Assembly: GCF_006345805.1 (NCBI RefSeq)
Contig: NC_042999.1
Coordinates: forward strand, 46,686,001 to 46,750,000
DNA from: Octopus sinensis
Taxonomy: Eukaryota
Reading direction: 5' to 3'
DNA: 64,000 bases
Every line of letters begins with the position of its first letter. The first letter of the stretch is position 1. Below, piece by piece: positions 1-13,317 of the stretch. The notes beneath the pieces were generated by a model, which was not told the origin of the DNA, made no database searches, and saw only the letters and a program-made list of their open reading frames with translations. The translations under genes and the position numbers were made by a program.

Positions 1-496
1 GTTAGTCTTTTCTACTGCTGGTCTCATTATTTTGTCGCTTCGTCGGACCGAAAGAAGTGAAATTAGTTTTACTACATCGAGTTTAACATGAATTCCTTCT
101 CTGTAATATTCCACGCTTCTTTCAGTGATCACGATGGGGACTAGCTATGAAATGTCACGTCGTTTTCAGGGGCCATGCAGATTTGTGTAACCATTGAGAT
201 GTTACCTCAGATCTTTATACTTGTCCATACCATCTGCCAGGAATGTGACCACGGACGAACACTCCATCATTCATGACGCTGAACCACGCATTTCGTTGGC
301 CCATTACTGTGACAAAAGTGAATGGGCAAGTGTGTATGGGCCAAAAATACTTGTAATTATTTGTTCGTCGGCGCAACAAAAGCACCCATATCCGTCGTAA
401 TTCGTCGCCTTAATTACCCAAATGATTTAATTACCATCGACACAAATAGTTTTCGAACAACGCTCTTTCTACTTCTCGCTTCATTGGTAAATTACT

Positions 497-874
497 GGGC
501 ACTGGCCCAGTGGTTAGGGCAGCGGACTCGCGGTCATAGGATCGCGGTTTCGATTCCCGACCGGGCGTTGTAAGTGTTTATTGAGCGAAAACACCTAAAG
601 CTCCACGAGGCTCCGGCAGGGGATGGTGGTGATCCCTGATGTACTCTTTCACCACAACTTTCTCTCACTCTTACTTCCTGTTTCTGTTGTACCTGTATTT
701 CAAAGGGTCGGCCTTGTCACTCTCTGTGTCACGCTGAATATCCCCGAGAACTACGTTAAGGGTACACGTGTCTGTGGAGTGCTCAGCCACTTACACGTTA
801 ATTTCACAAGCAGGCTGTTCCGCTGATTCGGATCAACCGGAACCCTCGTCGTCGTAACCGACGGAGTACTTCCA
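497..874 (+). mobile_element. tRNA-derived SINE, family A (full length)
   Basis: A-box-like TGGCCCAGTGG and B-box-like GGTTTCGATTCC; nearly identical over ~380 bp to 12927-13317. Confidence 0.9.
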
Positions 875-1229
875 CTGAAGAGTCTGATATAGGAGATTAT
901 GTTTCCTCGTTAATTAATAACAAGGTTGGGGGAAATAATCCCCTCTTGGGTAACATAAACTCCCGATACAGGTCGTCTGAGAGATGCTTATTTCTCGTAG
1001 CGTCATAACTGGGCGTCAGTGCGCATATGTATGAATCCATAGTTTCTCCGAAGACAACCACAGTTATGTATAGTAACATGGGATCAGCAATCACTGGCCT
1101 TCCCTCGGAGCCGGCCCGGACAACACCCATTCATACGCTTAAATATTATGCTCGTAGGATTCTACATTGAACGGAAAGGAACTGCGGAAACTCATCATCA
1201 TCATCATCATCATCTGACCGTTGCAATGC

Positions 1230-2200
1230 AACTCATAGAATAAGGGGTAATAGAAAGGTTATATTGTTTTTTCTGGTCTATTCTTTGTTCTGTTATAGTT
1301 GTGGTGATGTCAGTAGTGGTCATACGTTGCCTATGTTTTATGGTAGGAGCAATTAATCATCGGAGGAGCATAAGACTAATATGATGCCAGACGTGAGGCC
1401 ATTTTTGCCTCTGTTTCCAAGATATATGTCTCTCCAAACTTCTTAAGCACTTCAGTTCTATATTTAAGAGATGAGGAATTATGTACATTATTTACATTAT
1501 TTACATTTGACGGGTATTATTTACATTACTTACATTTGAAGGTCTACTGAGGATGTCTGAGAGACCCTTCTATTAGTTTTTTTATCTCATGTCATTCTGT
1601 TATTCATTCGCTTGGATAGGTCCGGAAGAATTTTTATAACAATCATATTTACTGGAATTATGAGGATGATCTTTGCAAATTCTTTTCTGGTTGTATGTTA
1701 TTGTATTGTGAAATGAGCATTTGTCCGAGGAATTCGATTTTGGAGTTTTGTGCAGCAGTTGTTTTTATTGTTTCTTTTTCTGTGTGATCTTGTTTGCCTT
1801 TTCTTGGTGGTAGCGGTGTGGTTGCGTTGCGAGTTATTCTTTGTTTTTCTTGTTATGTGTTTTGCATTTATTAATGTTTTATTGTTCAGTTCTCCAATCT
1901 TTTCGTTTCTTTGATGAGGTGTAGTCTGGTTTATTTCTACTGCAACATGCCATTCACATGTCTTCTCATCCTGCTCCTGATCATTTCATGGAAGGTCGGA
2001 GGAGGGATTTGAGGGTTCGTTGGAGTATACCATTCTTTGCGTTGGTGATGTTTGGGGAAGGGTAGAGGATTTCTATGAGACATCATTTTCGGAAGGTGAT
2101 GGTATGATTTGTTATCTTTCTGGTTATTTTCTATCTTGGTACTGTTACTGCTGCTGGAGTTGCGGTTGATATAAATGCAGTTGTATTGTCTGCAGGAAAG
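1230..2200 (-). mobile_element. Decayed Penelope-like element body (GIY-YIG endonuclease-like remnant at ~1330-1440)
   Basis: Minus strand reads GETYILETEAKMASRL, resembling the YIGETG..L..R motif; the 1300-1515 segment recurs at 2480-2700 as a direct repeat (pLTR-like), which carries a hammerhead. Confidence 0.55.
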
Positions 2201-2394
2201 GGGCTCACCCACAACTTAAGGAGAGAAAATCATTTTGGTATTCGTTGTTACCATATCTGCGCATTTTCACTCCCTACACAACTCTCATTTAGTCTCTGCT
2301 TATCAAGTTAATAAGGTTGAGCGCCCCTAGAGCGCACCCTAGAGGTTTAACATTTGAAGCTGCAGATGAAATTCCGAGCAGATCTGGAAAGTTG

Positions 2395-2830
2395 ACGTTT
2401 TTGTTTCTATCATTTCTTCGTGTTCCATTTCTTTATTCTATAAGTCTATGTTGGTGGAGATATTATGGATTATCCCTTTCGTCATACGTTGCCTATATAT
2501 TATGGTAGGAGGATTAATCATCGGAGGAGCATACTACTAATATGATGCCAGACGTGAGGCCATTTTTGCCTCTGTTTCCAAGACGTGAGGCCATTTTTGC
2601 CTCTGTTTCCAAGATATTTGTCTCTCCAAACTTCTTAAGCACTATATTTAAGAGATGAGGAATTATGTACATTATTTACATTATTTACATTATTTACATT
2701 TGTCAGATATTTGTCTTCATCTTGTTTGTTGTTAACACAATATTTCGGCTGATATACCCTCCAGCCTTCATCAGATGTCTTGGGGAAATTTCGAACCTGG
2801 GTTTTCATTCCTAAGGTATTTTTCGATGTT
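2395..2830 (-). mobile_element. PLE terminal repeat (pLTR-like) with hammerhead
   Basis: Direct repeat of ~1260-1515, (TTACATTAT)n tail, internal ~31-bp tandem duplication at ~2550-2615, hammerhead at 2734-2779. Confidence 0.7.
2734..2779 (-). ncRNA. Minimal type-I hammerhead ribozyme
   Basis: Minus strand GACAU-CUGAUGA-A-GGCUG(gaggguauau)CAGCC-GAAAU-AUU-GUGUU: intact core, 5-bp stem II, stem I GACAU/GUGUU, palindromic AUAU stem III. Confidence 0.75.
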
Positions 2831-2835
2831 TTTCG

Positions 2836-2913
2836 ACGTTAATTTCACGAGCAGGCTGTTCCGTTGATCGGATCAACCGGAACCCTCGGCGTCGTAACCG
2901 ACGGAGTGCTTCC
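2836..2913 (+). mobile_element. 3' fragment of SINE family A
   Basis: Matches the 3' end of 497-874 (ACGTTAATTTCACGAGCAGG...GGAGTGCTTCC). Confidence 0.85.
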
Positions 2914-5569
2914 CAGTGTGTGGTAATCAATAACATCCGATCAACCTAGGTTGTCGAAAAGAGAAAACTACATAGTAAAACAATGAAGATAGAAAGATCC
3001 CTGCAGTATGTATAGGTGGACGGTTTCAAAGAATTCAATAACTTGCTTAGGTCCTCAAAATCGAGCCCATGACTTGATAACCATTCACCGAATACTTTGA
3101 TTACTATGTTACACATCTGGAAGCAATAAATATGATGACTAAATTTACAGAGACTTCATAACATAGCGGATTGTTACTACATTGTAATTGAGTACCTAAA
3201 GCGTATCCGCATTGCTTATCTTATGCAAAACATTTTACTTATAAGGTATCTTATACGTGGTAATTAGTTTCCAAACAAGTAATGATAGTTGCTCTTAGCT
3301 ATCGTTTTCCAGATAAGGAAGAGCACTGTTTGAACTGCAATCTAGCCCTATCTACACATTAAATTTTATTTCTTCTGTTCAATTATATTTCCTGCATTTC
3401 CATCTTATAAAAACTTGACGCATCAACTTTTGTTTTCTTCACTTTATTATATTTGATTCTGAAATTTCACAATACATCTCTCACATCCAAAATACCCAAT
3501 AATAAATTGAATGACTAAAAAGAAACACGTACATTTTTTGACTTCTTTAATCTTTTCATTATAGTTCTTTATTCACCAACGTCTTTTACATGTTACAGAT
3601 TTTGATCTGTAACGAACTTAAAATGTATTTCTATTTCTTCCAATCAAGCAGAAGATATTTATAGCACCAATCCATTGCGTCGGTTTCAACGTGTAATTCA
3701 TAACTGAAAAACAAAATTACTTGAATAATAGTTATTTTGTTTTTAATATATATGCGTTTGTTGCTACACAACGTAGGAGTGAATGACAACCTTCTCCATC
3801 CAACCGTTTCGTCTTCAAAACTCATTGCAATAATCTTCAACTGTCATCTATTACACTGGAGAATAAGGTGTTTGTTGTCTGGTATTGGAAACATGTTTCC
3901 AAGTAATTTTGAGGTGCTGATTTCAAACATGAAATACATCTTTCTCTCTGACATCAAGATTTTTTCAAAAACTCAAGTAGCCATTTTTCAAGATTTCCGG
4001 TTATTGTCACCATTTCTAAGAACAGATTTGGCTGAATCAAATGAATACCCATGTATGGAGCTTGACAATACGTTGAAAATACGTTTTACAATATCATTTA
4101 TTTTAAATGCAATTACAAAAGTGAAAACAATAGTTATGATTTAAGTATCGTCTGTAAGTACAAAGCATCAAACTTGAGCCACATTCACTTTTTTCAATCT
4201 GACAGTTTTAAATATCACGATAACGAGAGAAATGCTCTTTATATAATTACGTATTAATAAACTGTATTTTTCTGTGTTACTCGACATCATACATCTCTCT
4301 TATTTGTGGAATTCGCCTGCCAATATGTCTACGCTGTGCTTGATTCAGTATAACTATCAATGCAAACCAGGTGATTCATGTTTTGTTGAACCTTTAAATA
4401 TTTCTTACGAAAATTGTTATTTTGAATGTGCCAATTGCGAGGTCACATGGGTCAAGGTCACGTTTTGTCAAGCCTTGTCAAAAAACTGTAGGGAGGTCTC
4501 TAAACACTCTTAGGTTCAGGTTACTCTTCATTCTCTAGAAGACTGCATATTTTCTCCGGAAAAGCTGGCGGAAGGTTTTAAGGCTCGTTCACGACACTAA
4601 CACTGATTAGTATACTTAGTTATGGCCGGAACTATGATCCATGCTGTACTGGATAATAGGGTCTGGTACGATTATTGCTCATACTGCAGCTCGTTAATAC
4701 AATAATTTCCGTTTATCTTACTTTCCGTAATAAACTCCTTCAAATAAGGTTTTCTGTGCCGTAACTACTTGTGAACACATTCTGATTTGTCTGCTCATAT
4801 ATTACCCTTCATTACACTTGCATTGGCCAACCGCCTCTGCTGCGACTCCATGGTTAAAGCAGACGATAGATTCAACGCTGTTGACAATATCTCGAACAGA
4901 CACATGTATTTCTATGCCCAAAATATGAATGGTTGGCATATTGTTTTTGCTTATTTAGGGAATGTATTTTCAATCTCAGAAATAAAATCGGTGGTCCATT
5001 AGATTGAATTCAGTCACGCTAAAAGCAAATAAGTTTTTATACTGATCTGACAAGGCTTCTTTGAGCTGTTATCTTGAGTGTTTTTGAAAGCCTCTATCCT
5101 ACGTTTAGGAGGCAGAGATAGACTACTTTCTTCTCCATGACAAGATGCATATTCCGTATCATATACTAGCAACGATGACATTTACATGCAATATAATGGA
5201 AGAAGTTTCATTTGGCAAAGAGTGCATTTGTGTTTGATTTTATTTATTTATTTATTTATTTATTCGTTCATGTTGAACATTTAATATCTTGCTGTGAAAT
5301 TAAATTACAGTTTTGTATTTTCTCTGTTATTGGACTCTCTTATTTTGCTCATTACTGATTTTCTTTTCATAGGCGTGATTCAGAAATGTGTAGCCATTTC
5401 TGTGCGGAGAAAAATTACAGAATTACAGAAGAATGAAAAGCTATTCCATGAAGTAAAAGTCCTTCACATTTAGAAGCAACTCATAAACAAGTCTGATTGA
5501 ATCAGCCGTGGATACAATCGCTGTTACTCCTGTTATTATCATCATCATCATCATCATCAATAATAATAA

Positions 5570-6958
5570 TGTACGGTATGATCCCACATTCTTGGATTAT
5601 GGAGTGTATGAACCTATTTGGTATTGCATCGAATGTTGAGCGATTGCTTGGAAAAAGTATGGCGAATTGCAGGACGGACCTGACAGCATACGGAAGAAAT
5701 TTAGGGACAGTAGAAATTAGGAGGGGCATCATCTAAAGGGACTGCCTGTCCCCATTGAACTTTGTACTGTGTTTGATACCACTAAAATTGATTCTGAGAA
5801 AAGCAAAAGCTGGGTATGTATTCAAAAGCCGCCTGCAAAAAGTCAACCATCTGTTATTCACCAATGACCTCAAACGTTATGGTAAAGATAAAGCCCGAGT
5901 CAGTTCCCCCGTTGATACGGTGTATATCTTCAGTACTGATATCAGAATGGAGTTCGAACTGAGAATGTGTGGTGTATTAGTCTTGAAGAGAGGGAAAATA
6001 AAATGTATGGACGAGATAACGATATCGTCGGTGGAGGTTATAAAGCAAATAGAAGAGATGGGCTGCATGTACTTGGGGATTTTCGAAATGGATAACTTGA
6101 TGGAGAAAGAAATGGCAGAAAAATTTAAGGTGGAGTACTAGCGCAGACTGAGACTGATCCTTAAGTCGAAATTAAATGGACGGAATAAGAACGAAGCTAT
6201 CAACACCTGGGTGGTTTCACTCCTTTTATACGGAGCATGGGTAATCGCATGGACGGTAGACGAACTAAACAGCTTAGACAGAAAGACAAGGAATTTGCTC
6301 TAACTAGATATGAGTCACTCCGGAAACGGAGGCTCTAATCTGTGCTGCCCAAGAGCAAGCACTAAGAACAAACTACATAAAATACAGAGCAGAAAGTTAT
6401 AAGTGCAGAATCCGTAGACAAAGCGGTGAAACCGTATGGCATATTACCAGCCAATGTACGCTACTAGTCCAGAAGGAATATAAGAGACGCCACGACAATA
6501 TAGCCAGGCTTCTCCATTGGACACTCTGCAAGAAGTATGGAATTGATAAAGCAAAACATTGGTACGACCACAAACCTAAAGGCATCATTAAAAAATGGAA
6601 ATGCAAAGATCCAATGGGCTTTTATGATTCAGTGCGACCATGACATAGAGAATAGGAAGCTAGACATAGTCTTAATTGAGAAATAAAACAAACTACGCTG
6701 GCTCATAGATATAGCATGCCCAGCTGACAAGAAGGTATGCGATAAGGAAGAAAGAAAAGTTGAGACATATAACAGGTTAGCTTGGGAAGTTAAGCAGTTG
6801 TGGTCGATGAAAAATGTAAGAGTAGTACCAATAATTGTCAGAAGAAGGTAGCAGCATACCGATAATTGTTGGAACAAGGAACGACAATCTCGAGAAGTAG
6901 GTGGAACAAATAGGGGCTGCAATAAGGGTGGAGATAACTCTAAGGGCTTGTGGAAAGA
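5570..6958 (+). mobile_element. R4/Dong-type non-LTR retrotransposon fragment (decayed RT to endonuclease)
   Basis: YGMIPHSWIMEC, VNHLLFTNDLK, YLGI motifs, homologous to 44310-46085; preceded by (ATC)n(AAT)n. Confidence 0.85.
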
Positions 6959-7420
6959 AGTTGACAACCCCTAAATCGATGACAGTTGCAGGAAATTTTG
7001 TATGCATAGCACTTGGTACTTCAATTAATATTTTGATGTTTGTCGAAATTTTTCTCTCTTGAGGAAAAGCAAATCAAATCTTCTGCTGGAATTTTCAGTT
7101 TGTTTAAGACCCTTTTAGATCCGATGCACCGATTTTTTTTTTTTTGCTTTTTCAGACAAATTGACCTTTTCTCATCATATAACACTTATATCTGATATCT
7201 TTGTGGAAAACATTTCTGACTGTTCCTTCAGACAAATGGACATATTTTGCAATTTACCTCATGGAAGTTTTGAGATTGTAGCTGGATAGATTCAAGTGTT
7301 CTGATGATTTCAGAGCGTTTAGAATGCTTTTTATGCTTTGATACTAATACGTTTCAATCTTCAGTCACTAACTGCTTACAAACTTTGTAGTCGAATGATC
7401 TGGCAAATTTTAAAATCGAG
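6959..7420 (-). pseudogene. Tc1/mariner (maT/DD37D-like) transposase remnant
   Basis: Minus-strand frames give EGTVRNVFHKDIRYKCYMMRKGQF, KRVLNKLK..FSS..EKNFD and MHTKFPATVIDLGVVN. Confidence 0.75.
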
Positions 7421-8903
7421 AAGTTTCTAAATCGCTGTGCTCAGCCTTTATAACAACAACAACAGCAAGCCGTTTCATTTCTTTAATAAACTGAAGGTCT
7501 GCCATTATCATTTTCTGAAACAAATATTATACAGAATTAGCAAAAAATGCAACAATGACCCCCAAAAAGGTATGTCCTCGAATACCTTACGCACCCTGTA
7601 TATACACATTTACTTCTATACGGATCCGTGTGTAAATGTGCGTCTGTGTGTATGTGTGTGTGTGTGTAAAACAATAGAAGAAATTCCGATAGAGAATATT
7701 CTTGCTCTAATTATTTCATAAGCGACTGTCACGTGGTTGTATGTTAATTTATAATTCAAATCCAAACGTAAGATATCTATGTTATTTTTGTTGTATTAGA
7801 TGATGTTGAGTACACAACTTCCTATCATTTATAAACACTTTTACCTCCTCTGCCTCGCCCAATACTCCACCTTTTGTTCTTCAATAGCGGCTTCGACAAG
7901 AAAAACCCAGAAAATGTCTTAATGAACGCCACAATGTGTTTTGATAACTGGTAATTTAAGAATATTCATACATACATGTATATATCTGTACATACGTTTA
8001 TATATATATACACTATGAATTTACATCTATATATATGCATATGTATAAATGTGTGTGTTTGTGTGAAGACATGCAAATATATGCGTGTGTTAATGGTAAT
8101 TTTAAAGATGATTTATGAATATACATTTATATGTATGTATTTGTGTGTGGGTGTGTGCGTGTTTGTGCTTGTTTGTGCGTGTATGTGTAAGTGTACATTA
8201 TATAAGTATTAGAGTGTTTATGTAAGAGTCTGTGTACTATGCATGCATTTGTGTCTGTGTGTTTGTATGACTATCTATAAAACATAGCCAGTTATGTAAA
8301 TTGTTGATACAATGCAGTCTGGCGGTACATAAAAAGGATATAATTTGTATGAAATTACCATTTAGCTTTTTACCCCTATCAAAAAAGACAATTTCCTAAT
8401 TAAAGCAAATGCAGCGATTGAAAAAAATGTTGAAGAAGTGAATCATGTCGATCTTAATGATTTCTTTTGAAGTAAACAGTTGGCTATTTTAAATTGATAA
8501 TCAATGAGTACACATTTTCTTTCTATCTTCGTTTTCAGACAAAATACATTAGAAAAATCGGAGTGTATTGTTGCAGTTTCTTCGATATTTTATCGCACAG
8601 TAATGTCATTTGCATATAAGATGTTTCCAGATTTTAAATAATTTTTGACAGCCTAATGTATTTACTTTAAGTTATTAATATTTCATATCGTATTGTTATT
8701 AGTTTTCAATGAACTAATCACAATGGCAAAGATTTTATGATGGCGAGAGTGATTATCGGTGCAATTCGGACGCAAAAGACTACCTCAGATATCAGATATC
8801 ACCGGTTTATCAGATTTATTACGGGTGCTTTTAATTTCATGTAGTCACACACACATGTATGTGTATATCTACCTATCTACCCGTGTAAATATATATATAT
8901 ATA

Positions 8904-8938
<35 letters not shown>

Positions 8939-9574
8939 TACAAGCAAAACGCCCTTCGTCCCATGGACGGTGCTGAGTTGTCAAACATTTAAACCAAATT
9001 TTCTCAAAACAACTTGTCCGACCGTCCCATAGGGCTCCCCTTTGAGAATCACTGATTTAACCTAAATTTGAGACATCAGCAAAAGAAGAAATAAAGACTT
9101 TTTTTCTATTCCAAAGAAGAACGATTTTATTCCCACAAATATGCAACCGAAGAGTTTAAAGTACCAATAATGATAAGGCTGTTTACTGGGAGAAGACAAA
9201 CATGGTTTGAACAGTAAGCTTGGCAGGAAAGAAACGTGCCTTCATGCAGTACAAAAATAACAAATAATGGAAGATGCAGTTATGTACAGGTTGACGGAAG
9301 AAAAGCAGGACAAAAACGGTGCATGCAAAAGGGTTAGCTGGAGGTAAATCTCGATGGACCGATTATATATATTTATATATTTGCGCGTACAAATGCATGT
9401 TCCCACGACTTTATCGATCGCATTCTCACCTGGAATCGATTTTTGCAATTTTTTCAAGACTTATACACACCCTGATACCGTCGGTATCTACATATCAAAT
9501 TTGAGCCCGAGATCCTAGAAAACACATACACTGACAGACAGAACGGATGTTATATAATAGATGTATACATCTAG

Positions 9575-9815
9575 GTTCTGTCCCACTGCACGTGGCATCT
9601 TGGGCAAGAGTCGTCTACTATAGCCTCGGGCTGACCGCAGCCTTGTGAGTGGATTTGGAAGACTAAAACTGAACGAAGCTCGTCGTATACACACACACAT
9701 ATGTATCAATGTATGTATGTATCTGCTTTTGGCCTCCAGTGTCAATTTGTTCGACTACAGACGGTGCTAAGTATGGCCGCAGTCAAATGGTTGAAACAAG
9801 TAAAAATATACAAGA
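9575..9815 (+). mobile_element. SINE family B, 5'-truncated and internally deleted
   Basis: Matches 14425-14840 (GTCCCACTG..GTGGCATCTTGGGCAAG; tail ATGGCCGCAGTCAAATG..GAAACAAGTAAAA). Confidence 0.8.
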
Positions 9816-10199
9816 ATATATATAAACATATATTTACATACACATGTTTAGATCCGCAGACTTAGTCTGCACACTTACATACGTATATGCTCATACATAC
9901 TTACGTACGTACGTACATACATACATATGCATCATTTACGCATATACATAATGCATACATACACACATACATGTACACATATACATACATCCATGCATAC
10001 ACATTTACATACTCAAACACGCATATCACGAACCTAGTGTTACTTTCGCAGATGCAGCACGAAATGTTGTCAGTAAACAGGGTGCGGTTTCAAAACTGTA
10101 AAACTATTTTGACAAAGGCAAAATTAAAATGTTTAAATGAAACTGACGGTATTTTTGTCTTCTTGAATGGCTTACAAACACCTTCGCCGAAAGTGTGTG

Positions 10200-10275
<76 letters not shown>

Positions 10276-10491
10276 ATATGTACGTTCATACATATATTTA
10301 GTAATATCAGTGCTAAGCAGTGTTTAGGCATAAACGAACTATAGGTCAGTTAAAATACATTTGTCACATATCTCAACTACTAATGGCAAATTCACTGCAG
10401 TTTCCATGGTATGATAAAAATTGTAAAAATGGTGTAAAAACAGCAGGTTTGTCTAGTGCTGCCACTAGCTATCGGATTTCCAGTGATCGAT

Positions 10492-10547
10492 GTTCCTAGG
10501 CGTTATCAATGGAAAAAATATGGACCGAACCAGTAATAATATATCTG

Positions 10548-10637
<90 letters not shown>

Positions 10638-10697
10638 ATACATATATATTATTACTGGTTCGGTCCATATTTTTTTCCATTGATAACGCCTAGGAAC
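10492..10697. repeat. Near-perfect ~52-bp inverted repeat around a (TA)/(CA) spacer
   Basis: 10492-10544 is the reverse complement of ~10644-10697 apart from one homopolymer indel. Confidence 0.9.
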
Positions 10698-10701
10698 CAG
10701 T

Positions 10702-10756
<55 letters not shown>

Positions 10757-10774
10757 TACATACATACATATATA

Positions 10775-11975
10775 AATGAAATATGGAGGTAGAAATAGCA
10801 TAAAAGTAAGTCTAAGATATTTCAATTTAAGAAGGAATTTACTAAAAATGATTGAAAAAAAATTATATAAAGTAAAATATTACCGGTTTCGATGATGAAT
10901 CTCATCTACTGAAATATCTACAAAAATTCATAAAAATTTGAAATAAAAACAGTTTATCTTTTGTCCAGGGGGTCGAGTTCATGTGATCTTTCGTTGAAAC
11001 CTTTTTAAAATATAGTTTAGGATAGAGTCCAGAGTGTTCGAGAGTAAGATAAAGTGTCTAGTTGTTCATTGTCTAAAATACTTCCTTGTGAGTTCCTGCC
11101 AAAGGAATGGCTAAAAAGCATTTATGGAACGGATTTTACGCCCACATGTGAGTATGTGTATATTGTGTTGAATATTCTTTCAATATGTTTGGAATGTGAA
11201 CAGCTGTGTACTGATGGTGTGTCTTGTTGAAGAAAGAATTGGGATTTTCCCTTGGGTTACATCTATTCTTTTGAATACACACAAAATAAAACATAACAAA
11301 ATCACACTCGCACACACACAGAAGCACACCTACACACTCAAGCACTCATACACACAGAGGAATACACACATACATACAGGTAGAGACACTAAAAAGAATA
11401 CATCTAACCTAAAAGAAAATCCTAATTCTTTCTTCAACAAGACATTCGTCACACCATACTCACCCATCAACACACAGCTAGTCACCTTCCACACATATTG
11501 AAAGGACATTCAGCACAATACACTTAAACACACAAACACACACACAAACACGCACACAAGCAGAAACACACACAAACACACACATACACACACAAACACA
11601 CAGACACTAACACCCTTGGACATAAAACCCATTCAATAAATACTTTTTAGCCCAATCCCCTGGCAGGAACACGCAAAGATTCTTTTTAGACAACATACAA
11701 CTACACTCCTTTTTTACTCTCTAACACTTCGAACTCTATACCAAACTATATTTAAAGGAAGAAATATCTCCAGACATGTTCTTGACCCCCCCCCCCCAGA
11801 CAGACCATAAACCGTTTTCACTTCAATTTTTTATAAATTTTTACAGATATTTTATAAGATGATATTCATCATCGAAACCGGTAATATTTTCTTTGAATAA
11901 TTTTTTTCAGTCACTTTTGTTAAGTTCCTTCTTAAATATCTTAGACTTACCTCTGTGCTATTTCCACCTCCATAT
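10775..11975. repeat. Long diverged inverted repeat (~500-bp arms), probably two PLE-like termini
   Basis: ~10775-11275 aligns to the reverse complement of ~11390-11975; both arms carry CATC-GAAACCGGTA (hammerhead-like remnant). Confidence 0.8.
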
Positions 11976-11983
11976 ATATATAT

Positions 11984-12105
<122 letters not shown>

Positions 12106-12926
12106 AATATGAATATATATATATATATATACACGTATATACACACACATATATATATACATACATAGACATACATACATGCATACATATACATATATAC
12201 ATACAATTATGCATACATACATACATACATACATACATACATACATACATACATACATACATACATACATACATACATACGTACGTACGTACGTGAATGG
12301 ATTGCAGCGTTTCTACTTACTAAATCCCATTCAGACGTGACAAGTCACCTGTTGTTTATGGTCTAAATGGCGGAAATATTGACATGCGATAATATCGAAT
12401 CAACATCTATTTAATTACGAAGTATAATAATTAATCACATACCCATGTCCTTCTAAACTGTAGTTCATACTCTATTGCTCAGACATATATTGTCTGATAT
12501 CCACGTCAGTTATACGGGCATATATTGTGGCAATGAAGTTTTGCAAAGTATATGAGGATTATTTTACTGGATTGTCATTGAGCTCTAATACATTTGATAC
12601 ATTACAATTATAAAGTGAAAGCAAATGCAGAATCGTGATTTTAACTGAACGCAAGATAAAATAAATTCTTTCAACATTATACGGTTACATAAGGTCAGAC
12701 GGCCGGATCGTTACGCAACAGAATGATAAACCATCGCCAAAAGATCCGAGACAAAAACTCATTGCAACCTTTGCAGGAATGGTCTTACCAAATTTCAAAA
12801 TATTTTCCCTCTACATGTGTTCAGATTCTTTCAACCAACAGCAGTATCCGGGGAAGTTGACTGGAGTAAATGGTAAATGCAAACACGGTGCCTAATAGAT
12901 TCAGGTGTATGCCATTAGAAGCCGTA

Positions 12927-13317
12927 GTGGAGGCGCAATGGCCCAGTGGTTAGGGCAGCAGACTCGCGGTCATAGGATCGCGGTTTCGATTCCCAGACCA
13001 GGCGTTGTGTGTGTTTATTGAGCGAAAACACCTAAAAAGCTCCACAAGGCTCCGGTAGGGGATGGTGGTGATCCCTGCTGTACTCTTTCACCACAACTTT
13101 CTCTCACTCTTACTTCCTGTTTCTGTTGTACCTGTATTTCAAGGGGCCGGCCTTGTCACTCTCTGTGTCACGCTGAATATCCCCGAGAACTACGTTAAGG
13201 GTGCACGTGTCTGTGGAATGCTCAGCCACTTACACGTTAATTTCACGAGCAGGCTGTTCCGTTGATTCGGATCAACCGAAACCCTCATCGTCGTTACCGA
13301 CGGAGTGCTTCCATATT
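12927..13317 (+). mobile_element. SINE family A, full length with 15-bp target-site duplication
   Basis: TSD CCATTAGAAGCCGTA at 12912-12926 and 13318-13332; A/B boxes present. Confidence 0.95.

Noticed and set aside
497-570. tRNA-like heads at the SINE 5' ends
   Set aside because: They do not form a complete cloverleaf and continue into SINE bodies; not tRNA genes.
623-826. 67-aa ORF repeated at 13062-13265
   Set aside because: It lies within SINE family A; the similarity reflects repeat copies.
12790-12862. Minus-strand exon candidate with a GTAAGA donor
   Set aside because: All three frames contain stops.
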